Below are positions 1 to 39,000 of a stretch of DNA of 64,000 nt, in pieces (position 1 is the first letter of the stretch; each line of letters begins with the position of its first letter). The notes under the pieces are model-generated. The model was not told where the DNA came from. It searched no databases and saw only the letters and a program-made list of their open reading frames with translations. The DNA lies in assembly GCA_964106915.2 (NCBI GenBank), contig OZ066918.1. One strand, written 5' to 3'. This stretch comes from Podarcis gaigeae. Taxonomy: Eukaryota. Made by a program: the position numbers and the translations under genes.

Positions 1-349
1 ATCGAAGCAAGAATTCCAGTCCATTAAGCTGCATATGTGCCTTTAGAGTGCAGATTGTCAAACATGGTGACAGGACCTGCCCAAGGGATGAGGAAACTGT
101 GGTCCTCCAGACATTGTTGTACTTCATTTCCCAGCAGCACCAGCCAGCCAAGCCGGTGAGCTGCAGATAATAGGAAGTGTAGTCCAATTTTTAATAGAGT
201 AACCTTCAGGAAAAGTGTTGCATGAAGTAGCATACGAGACCCGTAAAAAACAACACATGGCAGCTTAATCGACACTCCTATAGCTGCATTGAAACGTAAC
301 ACATTCAAGGAAGCAGGGAAAACCCTACAAGTTTGTGAGATCGCGTTTA

Positions 350-1200
350 AAGCATGTTGCAGCTCTCCTAAACTCGTGATGGGCTCGTTGGGCGTTTCCC
401 ACTACCCGCTACTGTGCAGAAACATGTGCAAAAGGCTTCTTTAAAACTACTGGGAGCTCCATAGCGGAGCTTTTCCTCCCCCCCCCCCCCGGAAACAACC
501 GCAGCCGCACCTTAGAAGGTAGGGCTCCAACCTGGCAGCCAAACCTTGCTTATCTTTTGACACCGAACCCCTCTGGAATGCGCGTGAAGCCATGTTTCCC
601 CGATGCGCGGCGCTCCCTGAGACACCCCCCCTCGAGGGGGCGGAGTTTACGGGCTGGGGGCGTGGAAGCAGGCCAGTGCCTTGCGGCTTGCAGCCACGTG
701 GGCTCCGAGCGGCTCCTTTTGTCTGGGTCTCGGATGGGGAGGGGCGGGCTAGAGGGAAGCGGCCGCTCTTCGAACCGCGTCACAAAGCGGATTTTCCGTT
801 TCCACGGCAACGCCTCCTCTGAGGCTGCTCTCAACCCCCGGGACAAGGAATCGGATGGCAGTGGGTGCTGCCTGGTACACCTAGCGGGTGGGGGGCGGGG
901 GGACGAAGGTCGCCTCCCCTCCCTCCCGCCCACCAAGGGATCCCACTTGGCCAGGTAAGGTTTGCACCCCAGGCAGAGTTGCATCTTTCGAAACAGCGCT
1001 GGGCCTCCTCCGTCATCCGGGTGACGATGCTGAAAGACGCCAAGCAAGCGTCACTCGGCTCACTCAGCGTTTTCTCTTCGCCAACTTCACCGCGTTTTCC
1101 CCGAAGCTATATATAGATATATATAGATACAAGTTGCCCCAACGCTTTCCTGTTCTCCTGTTAGAAATGAATGGCGAAAGGGCGATTGTTCCGTTCTTTG
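350..1200 (+). promoter_or_regulatory. ACSL3: CpG-island promoter / first-exon region of ACSL3
   Basis: Strongly GC- and CpG-rich relative to the AT-rich flanks. GC boxes (GGGGCGGAG ~636-645, GGGGCGGG 741-748), E-box CACGTG 695-700, strong donor CAG|GTAAGG at 954/955. Lies 7.5 kb upstream of the first coding exon. Confidence 0.8.
700..954 (+). other. ACSL3: Probable non-coding exon 1 of ACSL3 (start approximate; TSS not determinable)
   Basis: Consensus donor CAG|GTAAGG at 955 inside the CpG island; mammalian ACSL3 has several non-coding 5' exons. Confidence 0.55.
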
Positions 1201-1826
1201 GTTTTAAGATTTTTTAAGATTTTAATTTTAAGATGCTTATACACATTACTGGTTTTTGGTTTTGTAAGATAGCGAGCCACAAGCACAGCGGAAGAAATAA
1301 AAACATTAAGGCACGTGTGCTATCAAAAAGGAAAGAGGCCCCAAATAATCTTTCCTTTAATTCACGTAATTACTTCCGGATTTGACAGTTTCCCCTTGAA
1401 CTGAATACTGCTACCGCATAGCTTTTGATGGGGCTAGATTATCACCAGGCTTCTCACCCAACACCTGTTACTGCTGCTAGTTGAAGACTTAACTGCAGTC
1501 CTATGTACACTGACCCAGGCTCCCTAGTAAATGTGCATACGATTGCAAGCTAAGGTTGCAATCACACACCAGAACATAAGACCAATTTAACTCCCATCAC
1601 ACTTAGTAGACTTAGTACACTTAGTAGACACACACAGGATTGTATGTGAAGTACATATAAAATAGATCAGTAGCTTAAATTTTATATCTGGGTGTTTTCA
1701 ATCCATTATTTTTCTATATTGTCGCCACCCAAACTGGGGCAGAAGCAGATGGTTTGCTGGTTCACTGTGGAGCCTGATACATGTTGCAGCAAAGTAATTT
1801 TGTGACATATTTTTCTTTGTTTGCAG

Positions 1827-1871
1827 TATAGCCCTGAAATGCAACTGAGCAGTGCACAGAAAGTTCAGCAG
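1827..1871 (+). other. ACSL3: Candidate 5'UTR exon (45 nt)
   Basis: Acceptor TTTTTCTTTGTTTGCAG| and donor CAG|GTAGTA; splice signals only. Confidence 0.35.
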
Positions 1872-1957
1872 GTAGTAAAATTAAAATGTATAATGTGCAA
1901 ACAACTTTATGATAAATATGTAAAATTTATAGCAAGGTGCATTTGTTAAAATACTGT

Positions 1958-2182
1958 TTTTATTTACTACATTTATAGTCCACCTTTCCTCCAAGGAACT
2001 CAAGGTGGCATACATAATTCTCCCTCTCCTCATGTTAGTCTAACCTACCTCACAGGGTTGTTATGAGGATGAGTGATGGTGACTGGCCCAAGGCCACTCA
2101 ATGAACTTTATGACCAAGTAGGATTTTGAACTGGACAGTCTCCCAAGTCTTAGTCCATCACTAACCATTACACCACACTGGG
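1958..2182 (-). mobile_element. Old CORE/MIR-like SINE with L2-type tail and an internal microinversion
   Basis: GACTGGCCCAAGGCCAC core and (TTTA)-type tail; resembles the copy at ~5078-5183. Confidence 0.65.
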
Positions 2183-2302
2183 TTTAGCTGATACCTCGTG
2201 CATTTATACTTCTGCTCTGCATTATACTTCTGCTCTGTAAAAGGTGCAGGGGAGCAACTGTGAGTAAGATTGTGTTTTAAGTGGGAGTTTACTTTTCATT
2301 AA

Positions 2303-2654
2303 AGGTAAAGGTACCCCTGCCCGTACGGGCCAGTCTTGACAGACTCTGGGGTTGTGCGCCCATCTCACATAAGAGGCCAGGGGCCAGCGCTGTCCGGAGA
2401 CACTTCCGGGTCACGTGGCCAGCGTGACATCGCTGCTCTGGCGAGCCAGAGCCACACACGGAAACGCCGTTTACCTTCCCGCTGGTGAGCGGTCCCTATT
2501 TATCTACTTGCACCCGGGGGTGCTTTCGAACTGCTAGGTTGGCAGGCGCTGGGACCGAGCAGCGGGAGCGCACCCCGCCGCAGGGATTCGAACCGCCGAC
2601 CTTTCGATCGGCAAGTCCTAGGCGCTGAGGCTTTAACCCACAGCGCCACCTGCG
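2303..2654 (-). mobile_element. Sauria SINE, young
   Basis: tRNA-like A/B boxes and (ACCTTT)n tail on the minus strand; TSD TTCATTAA at 2295-2302 and 2655-2662. Confidence 0.92.
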
Positions 2655-3252
2655 TTCATTAACAGCTATAAATTCACATCATGTACTGTATGGGCTTACA
2701 CATTGTTTCCCTTCCATGCTCCCTTCACTCTACCAAGTGAAACCCTTAAACACACAGTTGACAAACAGCCACAAAATACCCAACAATGTACGCTAGCGGA
2801 AGTGCATCTGATGATAACATATGCAGGCTATTGCAACCAAATAAAAGTATGTAGTGAGTATGGTGATACCAAGCCAGAAAAATATATATTCAGGTTTTGT
2901 TTCTGGATTAAATATGAAGCATAATATTATCGCCCCTTCGACACCAGCATCATTGTCATATTCTGCATCTGTTTTTAGATATTTAATCATTTTGTGTATG
3001 CTTAAATTGTGTATAAATTACCATAAATTGATAATAATAATAATTCCGATAATCATGGGTCCTTGTTAATCTTTTTGATAATTTGACTCTGTATAAACAG
3101 CCTCATGCACTGTTCTCAGAAAAAAAGCAACCAAGTTCACCACCAAGTACAGATCTTATCAAACATTCCATAACTTTTCCTTAGGCCATCTGAAAGGGAA
3201 TTCATGGATTGCAGTTTGAGAAACTGTGCCCTAGGACTTCACTCTCATATTA

Positions 3253-3392
3253 TCATAGAACTATAGAGTTGGAAGGGACCACAAGGGTCATTTATTCCAA
3301 CCCCCTGCAGTGCAGTAATTTTTCTCTCAGTGTGGGACTTAAACTCACAGCCCTGAGATTTAGAGCCATATGTTCTAGTGACTGAGTTATCT
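3253..3392 (-). mobile_element. tRNA-Lys-derived SINE with CR1 3' tail (degenerate)
   Basis: Minus strand reads AGATAACTCAGTCACTAGAACATATGGCTCTAAATCTCAGGGCTGTGAGTTTAAGTCCCACA, like tRNA-Lys(CTT), then the CR1 end TGCAGGGGGTTGGA...TTCCAACTCTATAGTTCTATGA. Confidence 0.7.
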
Positions 3393-4385
3393 AGTTAAAA
3401 ACTCAATATTCTATATTAGATTTGACTGTTGCGAACTGAGTTGAATGCTTTTATTAAAAAAGAATAAAGCTAATCAAGGTTAGGCAATTGTCAATCAAGG
3501 TGATTCTAGTTAATTTTTTTAAAACCAAGACAACCCACTTACCTATCAAAAATGAAAACTGTACACTAGAAGTTCTTGTAGTTTTAAGCATTTTTGAATT
3601 CTTTTGGATTCTCACCTTATGATCTTCGGGGCAGATGGCCTTGGCCTTCCTTAGGACATATGTGCAAAAGTTGAAGAGAGAATTGTTAAGCCCATCAGTA
3701 ATTCTTCTAGCCCAGTCTTTCAGCATGTTGTTCTTGCATGTTTGAAATTTTATTATTGTTTGCAAAGTACACATTTCTGCTATTTGGAGGATACAGGCCG
3801 TTGTGACTTAATTCCTCTGTGTGAGATAGTGAGCTTTTATGTTGTCCGCAAGAGAAGCACCTGAATATGTTTTCTGTTCCAGTTCCTAACAGTAGGCACC
3901 TGGTTGTCTGCATCCACTGCTGTGAGCAGGACTCAAATTTTAGCTTATGGCAAATTATCAAAAAGCAATTGTTCCCTGTGATGTACCAAAAATGGAATAC
4001 CACATGTGGTGGTAGATGTGCATGATCCGCTAGACATGGGCTAGTAACCAACAGAATCCTGATTTGAGTGGATGGTGCACATCTCATAGTTGGATAAATT
4101 GGCCTGTGGCTTGGAATCAATATGATGTATAATTGCTTAGTCTTTAGGTTTTTTGGTTGTGAGCCTCCCCGAATGCTGTGTTGGTGGGAAACAAATCCAG
4201 GAAATAAAGAAAATGTGATGCAATGGACTATGGGGTACAATGGTAGTAATTGTGTTTTGTCTGTATCTAATTAGTGTAGTGCAACTTGGAAAATTTGCAG
4301 GTTGGATCTTGCATCTATTTAGGTGAAAGGGCAGCAATTAGTTTTTTATAGTTGCTTTAATTTAGTTTCACATTTTTGTCTTTAG

Positions 4386-4484
4386 ATTTCTGCAACGTTG
4401 TGGGTGAAATACTCAGCTGAGACTGAAGCGTCTAGAAACTGCTGTCCCATCGGTACCAACCACAACAATGAGAAGTCATTTAAG
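4386..4484 (+). other. ACSL3: Candidate 5'UTR exon (99 nt)
   Basis: Acceptor TTTTTGTCTTTAG| and weaker donor AAG|GTTTCT; locally higher GC with CpGs. Confidence 0.4.
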
Positions 4485-5183
4485 GTTTCTTTGTCTTGAC
4501 ACTTTGTGCTTTATTCTAGTTTAATTGTTCGTCACAAGATTATCAGATCAGCTGGTAAACACATTTTTATCTGGATTTCCTCCCACTTTCCCATTTAAGT
4601 ACCGTACCTCTGAAAGTAATTATTGTATAATAATTGTATAATGGGATCAGTCAGTGCATTTCCCAGAACTCTGGACAGACTGATTTTGAATAAATCCTAA
4701 AACATATTTTCTTTGAAACAGGCTTTTTAATTTAATACTTCAGTGGAACCTGGCAAAAAAATATTTAAAGCTGCAACCATAATATAGTTTGTCACCAAAG
4801 AGGTGTGGGTGAAATAAAGCAAAGAAAGACTATATAAGCCACCTTGCTCCTTGTAGTACAAGCTTAGAAAGGGTGAAGTGGGGAATCAACCTGCCTTCTC
4901 CCCACCCCCTTGTTTTTCAGAGTTGACTGGGACTACTCATTTTATCTCTAACAACAACCAGAGTTAGCAGGTGCTCTTGAAGAATAACTGCTCTTGAAGA
5001 GTATTTTTTCAATATAATTTTAATTTTAGCTGTGCTGAAGAGTGGGCCTATGATATACTTGCTTCTCTCTCTTTAGTTTATCCCCACATCATCCTTGTGG
5101 GACAGATCAGGTTAAGAGATAGTAACTGGCCCAAGGTCACCCAATGGGTTTCATGGCTAGGTGGAGGTTTGAATCCTGGACTC

Positions 5184-5415
5184 CCTCGAGTTAAGAACTT
5201 AATTCATTCCGGAGGTCCGTTCTTAACCTGAAACTGTTCTTAACCTGAAGCACCACTTTAGCTAATGGGGCCTCCCACTGCTGCCATGCCACTGCTATGT
5301 GATTTCTGTTCTCATCCTGAAGCAAAGTTCTTAACCCAAGGTACTATTTCTGGGTTAGCCGAGTCTGTAACCTGAAGCGTTTGTAACCTCAAGTGTCTGT
5401 AACCCGAGGTACCAC
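5184..5415 (-). mobile_element. Tc1/mariner(Tigger)-like MITE with damaged ends, abutting a MIR-like SINE (~5078-5183)
   Basis: Reverse complement of the 50146-50387 family; ends AACCCGAGGTACCAC. Confidence 0.8.
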
Positions 5416-5989
5416 AAAGTACTCCACAGTGGCCGTTACTTAATTACTTAAATCTTGTTTTTGTAAAATCACCCTATTTTTATCGTTATTGTTATGCCTT
5501 ATCATGAATTAATGAAAACATCTCATTAAGTTTACAGTAAAATTAAACTTGCACATAATTCAAAATAAGGTCTAACTATATTAAAAAAAATAGGGTGGTA
5601 TTCAGCTAAGTTTTACTCATAGTGGAACCATAGGAATTAATGAAAATGACTTAAGTTTGTTAATTTCAGTGAGTCTACTCTGACTAAAACTTAGTTGAAT
5701 AATACCCATAACAACAAATATCATACTGCCAATAACAGCAAAAAAACACAAATCTTGATCCCAACAAAACAAACAAACACAATAGCCATCTTCTAGCTTC
5801 TAGACATCCATAGTAGGAAGTATTTCAGGGGTCACAGGATAAACAGGACTCTGGCCGCTGCCACTGCCACAGCACCATCTCTTGTAGCTGGAGTCAGTCA
5901 GCCCCCCCCCCCCCCGCAGGCCAGGTGAAAATAGGCTAGCACAAAGGGGGCAGTTCCTGCAGGACTCGGAGGACCCATCAGTCCTCCAG

Positions 5990-6430
5990 ACCATTTCCAG
6001 TGAAAAGGAAAGACCAAGGTTGTGGCACTAGAACAAAGCCAGTATTTTCTGTTCAACCTAGATGCCCACACTATTGCAGGGAGACTGCAAGAAAGAGAGG
6101 CTTTAGAAATTAAGACCTGCACTACAACAAGAAGGTTCTCTGTTGGTTACTAGAGGAACTGACCAATGGGGAAGACACAGCTGATCTTTTTGTCCAGTGG
6201 GCCTGTGGGCCTTTTATGACCAAGCCCACAGGTACAATCTCCCTGTCCAAATTCTTACTTGAATTGTTTACTAGAAGTATACAGAAACTGCCATCAAGCC
6301 TGCTTTGCACTGCATATTTGAGGACAGAAATTGGGGCTACTGGCACTGCTTTCTCTTTACATGAAGAAAGGAATCTTTAATCGACTTCATAAATTTGTTA
6401 GTTTTTAAAAGTAAAGTGCCACAAAACTGT
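5990..6430 (+). mobile_element. Possible degenerate Penelope-like element remnant
   Basis: Frame TKVVALEQ...GRLQEREALEIK resembles the end of the PLE GIY-YIG domain; AAATTTGTTAGTTTTTAA..AGTGCCACAAAACT at ~6390-6428 resembles reptile pLTR ends. Confidence 0.3.
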
Positions 6431-7043
6431 TAAATTCATGGATGTCAATTGCTGCCTGAAACTGGTTGGCAGAATTCTCTCTAATGTTGTGCTGGTACCA
6501 AGCAGGGATTTTCTTGTCCTCCCGGGCCTTTTAGCATCCATTTAAATATTGATATTAGCACATTTAGCTGCTATTTTCTTTTATGGTTATGACTCCTATA
6601 TTATTTAGGTCTTTTAGTGCACATTGTGCAATGTTCAGTGCTTCAATTTTATCGATAGCATGACTGTTTGTTGAAGAGTTCTGTGTAAAAGTTTGCATAT
6701 TCCCTAGTTTGGAGATTTTGACCACAATTTTAATAGCATTAGCCAGACTTGTCTGTAGCTTGCTTACTCCAGAACACATGCAGAAAGGTTGGCTGGGTTG
6801 GGTTTACTGAATGTTGTGGTGGCCTTGGTTAATAATTGGGAAATGTAATTGCATGTAAAATATTTAGATTTGTAGTATATTTTTATCCCATCCTTTTTCA
6901 GATAGCTTATTATAGCTTATAGTAAGATTCAATAAGTACGATGAATGTAGTATGATAATTTGTGGAGAGAGCCTGCCCTTCTATCATTGTCTGAACTTTG
7001 GTTTGTGAGCTAAAAGCATACCATTTCTCTTGCTTTCTTACAG

Positions 7044-7120
7044 GCACAACAGAAGGTGTTAATGCAAGTTCTGCCAGTGAATTAAACATATATTTAAAGG
7101 CCACATAGCAATATGGCTTG
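7044..7120 (+). other. ACSL3: Candidate 5'UTR exon (77 nt)
   Basis: Strong acceptor TTTCTCTTGCTTTCTTACAG| and consensus donor TTG|GTAAGT. Confidence 0.45.
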
Positions 7121-7541
7121 GTAAGTAAGGTGAACAAGAAAGATGACATTTCATGATGTTGTGCCATTTCTCAATGTTCAAAAAACATTCCTTGTTTTTT
7201 TTTAAAAGGGTAATTGTAAACACCGAATGTGTCATTCATATTCCTTGCTTAATTTAGCTTTAATGTATGTCTATAATTTGCAGTAAGTACTGGATAGGAG
7301 GACTGCAGCTAGTCAGTTTGGTAGGAAATTGTGAGCTATGTGGACCAGTGGCAGATTCAGTAGAAAATTTCGGGTTTCCTGTGCTTTTAGAAAAAAAAAG
7401 TTTTGGGTTTTTTTTGCAATTTATTTTTGAGTATAATTTAAGAATCACTCTTCTAAGTATACTGAGAATTTTGTACTATCCTTTTGAAGAACATATATTT
7501 GACTTTATGAGGTCTAGACATTGTTCACAGGTATCTTTATA

Positions 7542-7771
7542 CAGTGGTACCTTGGTGTAGGAACTTAATCCGTTCCAGAAGTCCGTTCTTAAACCAAAAC
7601 CGTTCTTAAACCGAGGCATGCTTTCCCTAATGAGGCCTCCCACCACCCGTGCCCTTCCACCGTTCATTGACTGAGGTAAAGTTCTCAAGCCAAGGCACTA
7701 TTTCTGGTTTTGCGAAGTTTGTAAACCAGATCGTTCTTAAACCGGACTGTCCTTAAACCGAGGTACCACTG
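7542..7771. mobile_element. Tc1/mariner-like MITE
   Basis: TIRs CAGTGGTACCTTGG / CCGAGGTACCACTG with TA on both flanks. Confidence 0.88.
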
Positions 7772-8443
7772 TATGGGCTTAGTTCAGATGTCCCAAACCC
7801 ATTCTCCAAATCATGGTTCGGAGGCTCGAGAACGTGATGCAGTCTCCTTGTGCCTGCAATGCATCTTTCCTTCTACACTTCCCAGTTTACCTAATCGTTT
7901 TATCATGATCAACCACTTGGCAGCAGTTTGCCTTTCAACTACGGTTTGACATAGGTTTGTCAGCCATTGCTTGGAGGCAAAGTGCTAAACATCATTTGTC
8001 AGTTGGGCTGCTGTTGTGAACTTTGATTAGATGAACCAGGAACCCTTGGAGGAAAGTGCTAACCTTCATTTGACAATTAGCCACACAATTCTGTGATTTT
8101 ATGAGTTTGTCGTGAAAAATTTGGTTAAAGAAAACAAGGAAGTGGAAGAGGGACCCGTGTAGAGAGGAGGGGTAGGTAAATGTCTTTCTCAGTTTCCCTA
8201 CCTCAGAACCCTTTAACTGGAGGTGCTGTGAATCAAACATGGGGGACTCATACATGAAAGATGTGCTCAAAACATTTATCCTCTCCACTTTTGCTTGGCC
8301 TTTTTAACTTTGTTATAGTTTCATAAATGGAATATGAGTTTTAATTATGAAACCTAAGTCAGTTCGGTCAATGTGTGATGATAGTTTCCCCCCTTCTTTT
8401 CTGTTTCAGGACTTCATTGATCTTTTTGTAATATACTTTGTAA

Positions 8444-34910
<26,467 letters not shown>

Positions 34911-35988
34911 TGGTTTTTTTTTCTTGCACCACTTTGCTATGGTGAGCTCAGATCAAATAGGAAATACTTGAATCACATGTCTCATCACTTGGGACCAACA
35001 TTAAAAACATCCTTACTCACTCTCAGCTTATGCTGTTTCTTCTGATAATATCAGCGTCTTTAACTGGCAGGATTAGTAAAATGTTAAGGCAGAAAATTGG
35101 TGTCTGTCTCCTTTTTCCCTCCCTTAGTTTTTTTCTGCTACCTTGTCAGTGAGTGGATTTTCCTAAACGTCCTTTTGGGCTAACCTGATTTTGAAGCCTC
35201 AAGTTTTTAAACCTGATTTATAAATCCTGTATAATGTTTCCATTCGTAACTTTTTGAAGTTTGGATATATAGAGGGAGAACTTGGCTATATACAAAATGA
35301 TTAGTTTGGGGGCCTTTTTTTACGTAAATATTTAAATATTAAAGAGGTATCAATGTGAAATTATGTACAATGAAATGACTTATAGGTGAAAATCATTGTT
35401 GGCCAGAACACCAGATTATTTGTTGCTGTGCAATTGTTTTGTATAAAATTGCAAGAGAAATAGTCTGATATTCTGACTTATAAAGTAACAGCTGAAGTAT
35501 GTGCCTGACAATTTCCTCCTACATATATATTTTATTTTTATCTGAAATAAGGAAAAATGGTCATGGCAAAGTGCTGTATATAAGCAGGCCTTCCTGCAAA
35601 ACAAGGGTGAATGAGGCTTGAGTCATGCAAAGTATGTTCTAACACAGCAGATGTGACACCTGTGAATAATCTGTTTAACAGACATAGTTCAATTTTGAAA
35701 ATATATTGAGGCCATTTTATAAAGAAATTGACTTGTTAAAACTAGTGACAACTCAGTTTTAAATGAATTGCATTCTGATTGACAATGTCCTTTACTAAGA
35801 TGGGACTTTTATGTGTGTTGATTTTTATCTGCTTTACAATTCAGGCTGCTTCTCTCTCTCTTTATTATTATTATGTGCGTATAAATCAGCAGTTACAGTC
35901 CAGTTCAGGTCTAGCTGAAGCCCAAATGTTTTAAGAACACAGTCGATTGTGACGTTCTCCTGCACAAGCCTAGCCAAAATGGATTTGA

Positions 35989-35991
<3 letters not shown>

Positions 35992-36021
<30 letters not shown>
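35992..36021. repeat. (GT)n microsatellite in the putative 3'UTR
   Basis: Direct reading. Confidence 0.95.
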
Positions 36022-36023
<2 letters not shown>

Positions 36024-39000
36024 GGGGTTTGCACAAGATAAATTCATGGTGGATTGTGCCGTTGGAGAACATTTTCAAATGTACTGATGGTGATTTGTTT
36101 ACTATTGTCTGTCTCAGTGGTCATGGGTGCTGATGGAAATGTCGTCTTTAATTATCCCATTGTTGGTACCTTACTCCTGAACGCAAGTTACTTGGGCATA
36201 TAATTTGCTGTTTCGAAAGAAAACATTCTCCCAGATTAACCGTATTTGAGATAATAACCTTGAGTCACATTTTTTTTTGTCATTGTTGTGCCCAAAATCT
36301 GCAGTTTGAAAATGTGTTCCTTTGTGTGCTTCATTATAAGTACTACCATTGGGCTCCAGTCCACATGCTCTGGTGTGTGCACAGATAACTGTAGAAGCAG
36401 AACAGGATGGACTGCAGAATTGGGGAAAGCAGTGTGCAGGCAATGGCATGGGCATTCTGTGCTTTTCCTGACATTGAAGTGGTGGCACAGTCCCTGCTGA
36501 TTCAGTTCTGTGTGGGCATCTGAGGGTTAGCTGGAGTTCCAGATTGTTATGATGTGTTGAGAAAGTTTTAAGTGCCACATAAGGTCTCAGTCCGGAAAAC
36601 CTTTCAATATTTGGTTCATCTACTTACCTCCCCCACCTCCCCCGGCAATATTACAAATATAATTTCTATTGTCAACTTGACAATATAGAAGATGTAGAGT
36701 AATTGATATCCAATTGTGACATCTCACAAATGAGATTTCTCCTTCCTCTCCTCTTCCCTACAGCCCCCTTGTGCCCCCTCCCAATTATACTTGATTGGGT
36801 GATCCTCTGGAGCAGGTTGGGGGCTGGGAATGTGGGGGGGGGAGGCACATCTGCTGGTGCAACGGTTGATCTCTCCCATACACAAGTCTGAAATGTGGAA
36901 GAGGCTTTAGTTTGAAAAGGTTTACTTTCTTTTCTATCAAATTACAAAAACAGTGGCCTTGGACCTATATCTTGGTAGTAGGGCATTGGATATTCAGATT
37001 TTGGACACTATCTGGCCAGCATTAAGCACTTTAAAACCCATTGATGGAGAATGAAAGCTTGCTTCTCTCCCACTGAAAACAATGGAGCTTACAAATGCTT
37101 AATTTTGGTTGAATCATGCCCATCCTTTACTTGAAAAAAATCTGTGGCCACAGATTCTTAAAAAGCTTTAATTGGGGAGGCAAATTAACTATTGCATCTT
37201 AATTAGAAAAAGATTACAGAATGTGTATAGAGTGTTATGTTCTCCTAATATATGGAGTTCTATTGCAAAGTGTCAGGTAGGTTTCTATAATTAAAATCAG
37301 TTGGCTCACTAATTGAAGATACTACTGTATTCCTTGGGAACTCAATTAATGCATTAGGACTTTGCATTTGGTTTATTCTTTTTATGTTATGAAACAAAAT
37401 AGGCTGGTGGAATTAGCTAAATCTGCCTTCTCCAACCTGCTGTTCACCTTATTTTCTGGAGTAAACCCCCCCCCCCAAGCCAGCAGGGCCAGCATGGTCC
37501 AACAATGCCTAGAAGGCACAAGGTTGGGACAGCCTGATGTAAGCTAAGATACAAGATCCCACAGCTGCAAATGAGTAATTGAAGTTCACTTTTTAAATTT
37601 TCGAAATCACTTTGGATATCATTTTAAAAACTACGGTGTTTAAGTTGCCTTGGTCATGAAAACTCATTTGGAGAAAAATAAGGTAGATGGGTGTTAAAAA
37701 TATTTCTTTCATCCTGAATTGCTCAATTTCACATTTATCTAGTTCCTCTATTGTGCTTAAAAATGTTACACACCTTTAATAACAATTTGTGGGAATAGCA
37801 TTTGTGACACAATCCAGAACTAAACCCATTGTTCTACTGAAATCAATAGATTGATCAGTCCATTGAGTCCAGTGGGTCTGCTCTGAGAATGACAAACGTT
37901 AGATACTGCCCTCTGTTTTTTAAAAACATTAGATGACACATTTCTGATTGTATGGGTTCAACCTTGTCATTAAAACTGATGGATTTTTAAAATCATTGCT
38001 AACATATCTCTGAGAATTTTCACAAATTAGTTTTCTGAGCATCATTGTGCTCTCTTTATTGGAGAAATGTTGTATATTACAGCTGTTGTTTGCAGTGAAG
38101 ATACCAAACGGCCTAACGTGTGGCTCCATGGAATAGCTTATTATTTCCATTGAATGGTTTTCATGCTGGAGGGTTCTTTATGCTTTTTTAGATTCAGGTA
38201 CTAAAGCAAAGAACCAAAGTGAAAAGACTATGGGCCATAAATAGTCTTTGATCACCAAAATTAAAGGAGTGGGTTTTTTTGGGTTTGTTTTTTGGCAATC
38301 TCTTTTTTATTTTCCTTGTTTGTGCTGCAGTATCTTCTAGGCTGTTGAACTGTGAGCATTCTTTCATCCCTCTGGCTGCATGCCATCATAGCTGCTCTGC
38401 ATCAGGACCAGAAGTAGAAGTGAGCAGAGGCAGTAGGCCTTCCTTAGCAACCAGATCTGGAAACACAGTTGTGTAGCTTCAGAACCTTAAGAGCCTTGCC
38501 ATTTTTAAAAAAGCCATTGCTAGACATTGCATGGCAAATGTGTGTAAACATCTTTTTGGAAAAGAAAAAGAAGAGCTGTAGAGGAGAACTCCTTCTGGAG
38601 CTTTGGCCTTCAAGCAGTTTTCTGCTTGCCTCTATCACCACTTTTCTACCCACACAGCAAAAATATATTTTGAAAAGCAGTTCTGAATTAAAGAAATGGG
38701 CTCTAGTGAGACAGGATTCGGCAATTCCTCCCTCTGCTTAAAGACTACAGCTCCCATAGCTGCTTCCCCACATTTTTCAAAATAGTAGGGAGATTGTTAT
38801 GTAGCTATATATGCTACTTTAGCTTTGATCCAAAGGCACATTGGGGACCATTCGCTTCCTGTCCCAGTAGTTTTGAAAGATGGATTTCAGCAGTAAATGT
38901 GATTAAGACTTCCTGCTGCCAAGGGGGATCTACCTTCCCATAGGATTCCACATTGCTTTGGGATCTGGTGAATAATGTGACCACCTGCATGTGAGTGATC

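Noticed and set aside
550-1217. Several overlapping 70-165 aa ORFs in the CpG island
   Set aside because: Expected in stop-poor GC-rich DNA; no recognisable domains, and most lack ATG starts.
955-8409. Nested Utp14b-like retrogene, as in mouse Acsl3
   Set aside because: No long ORF exists in the 5' introns; that insertion is rodent-specific.
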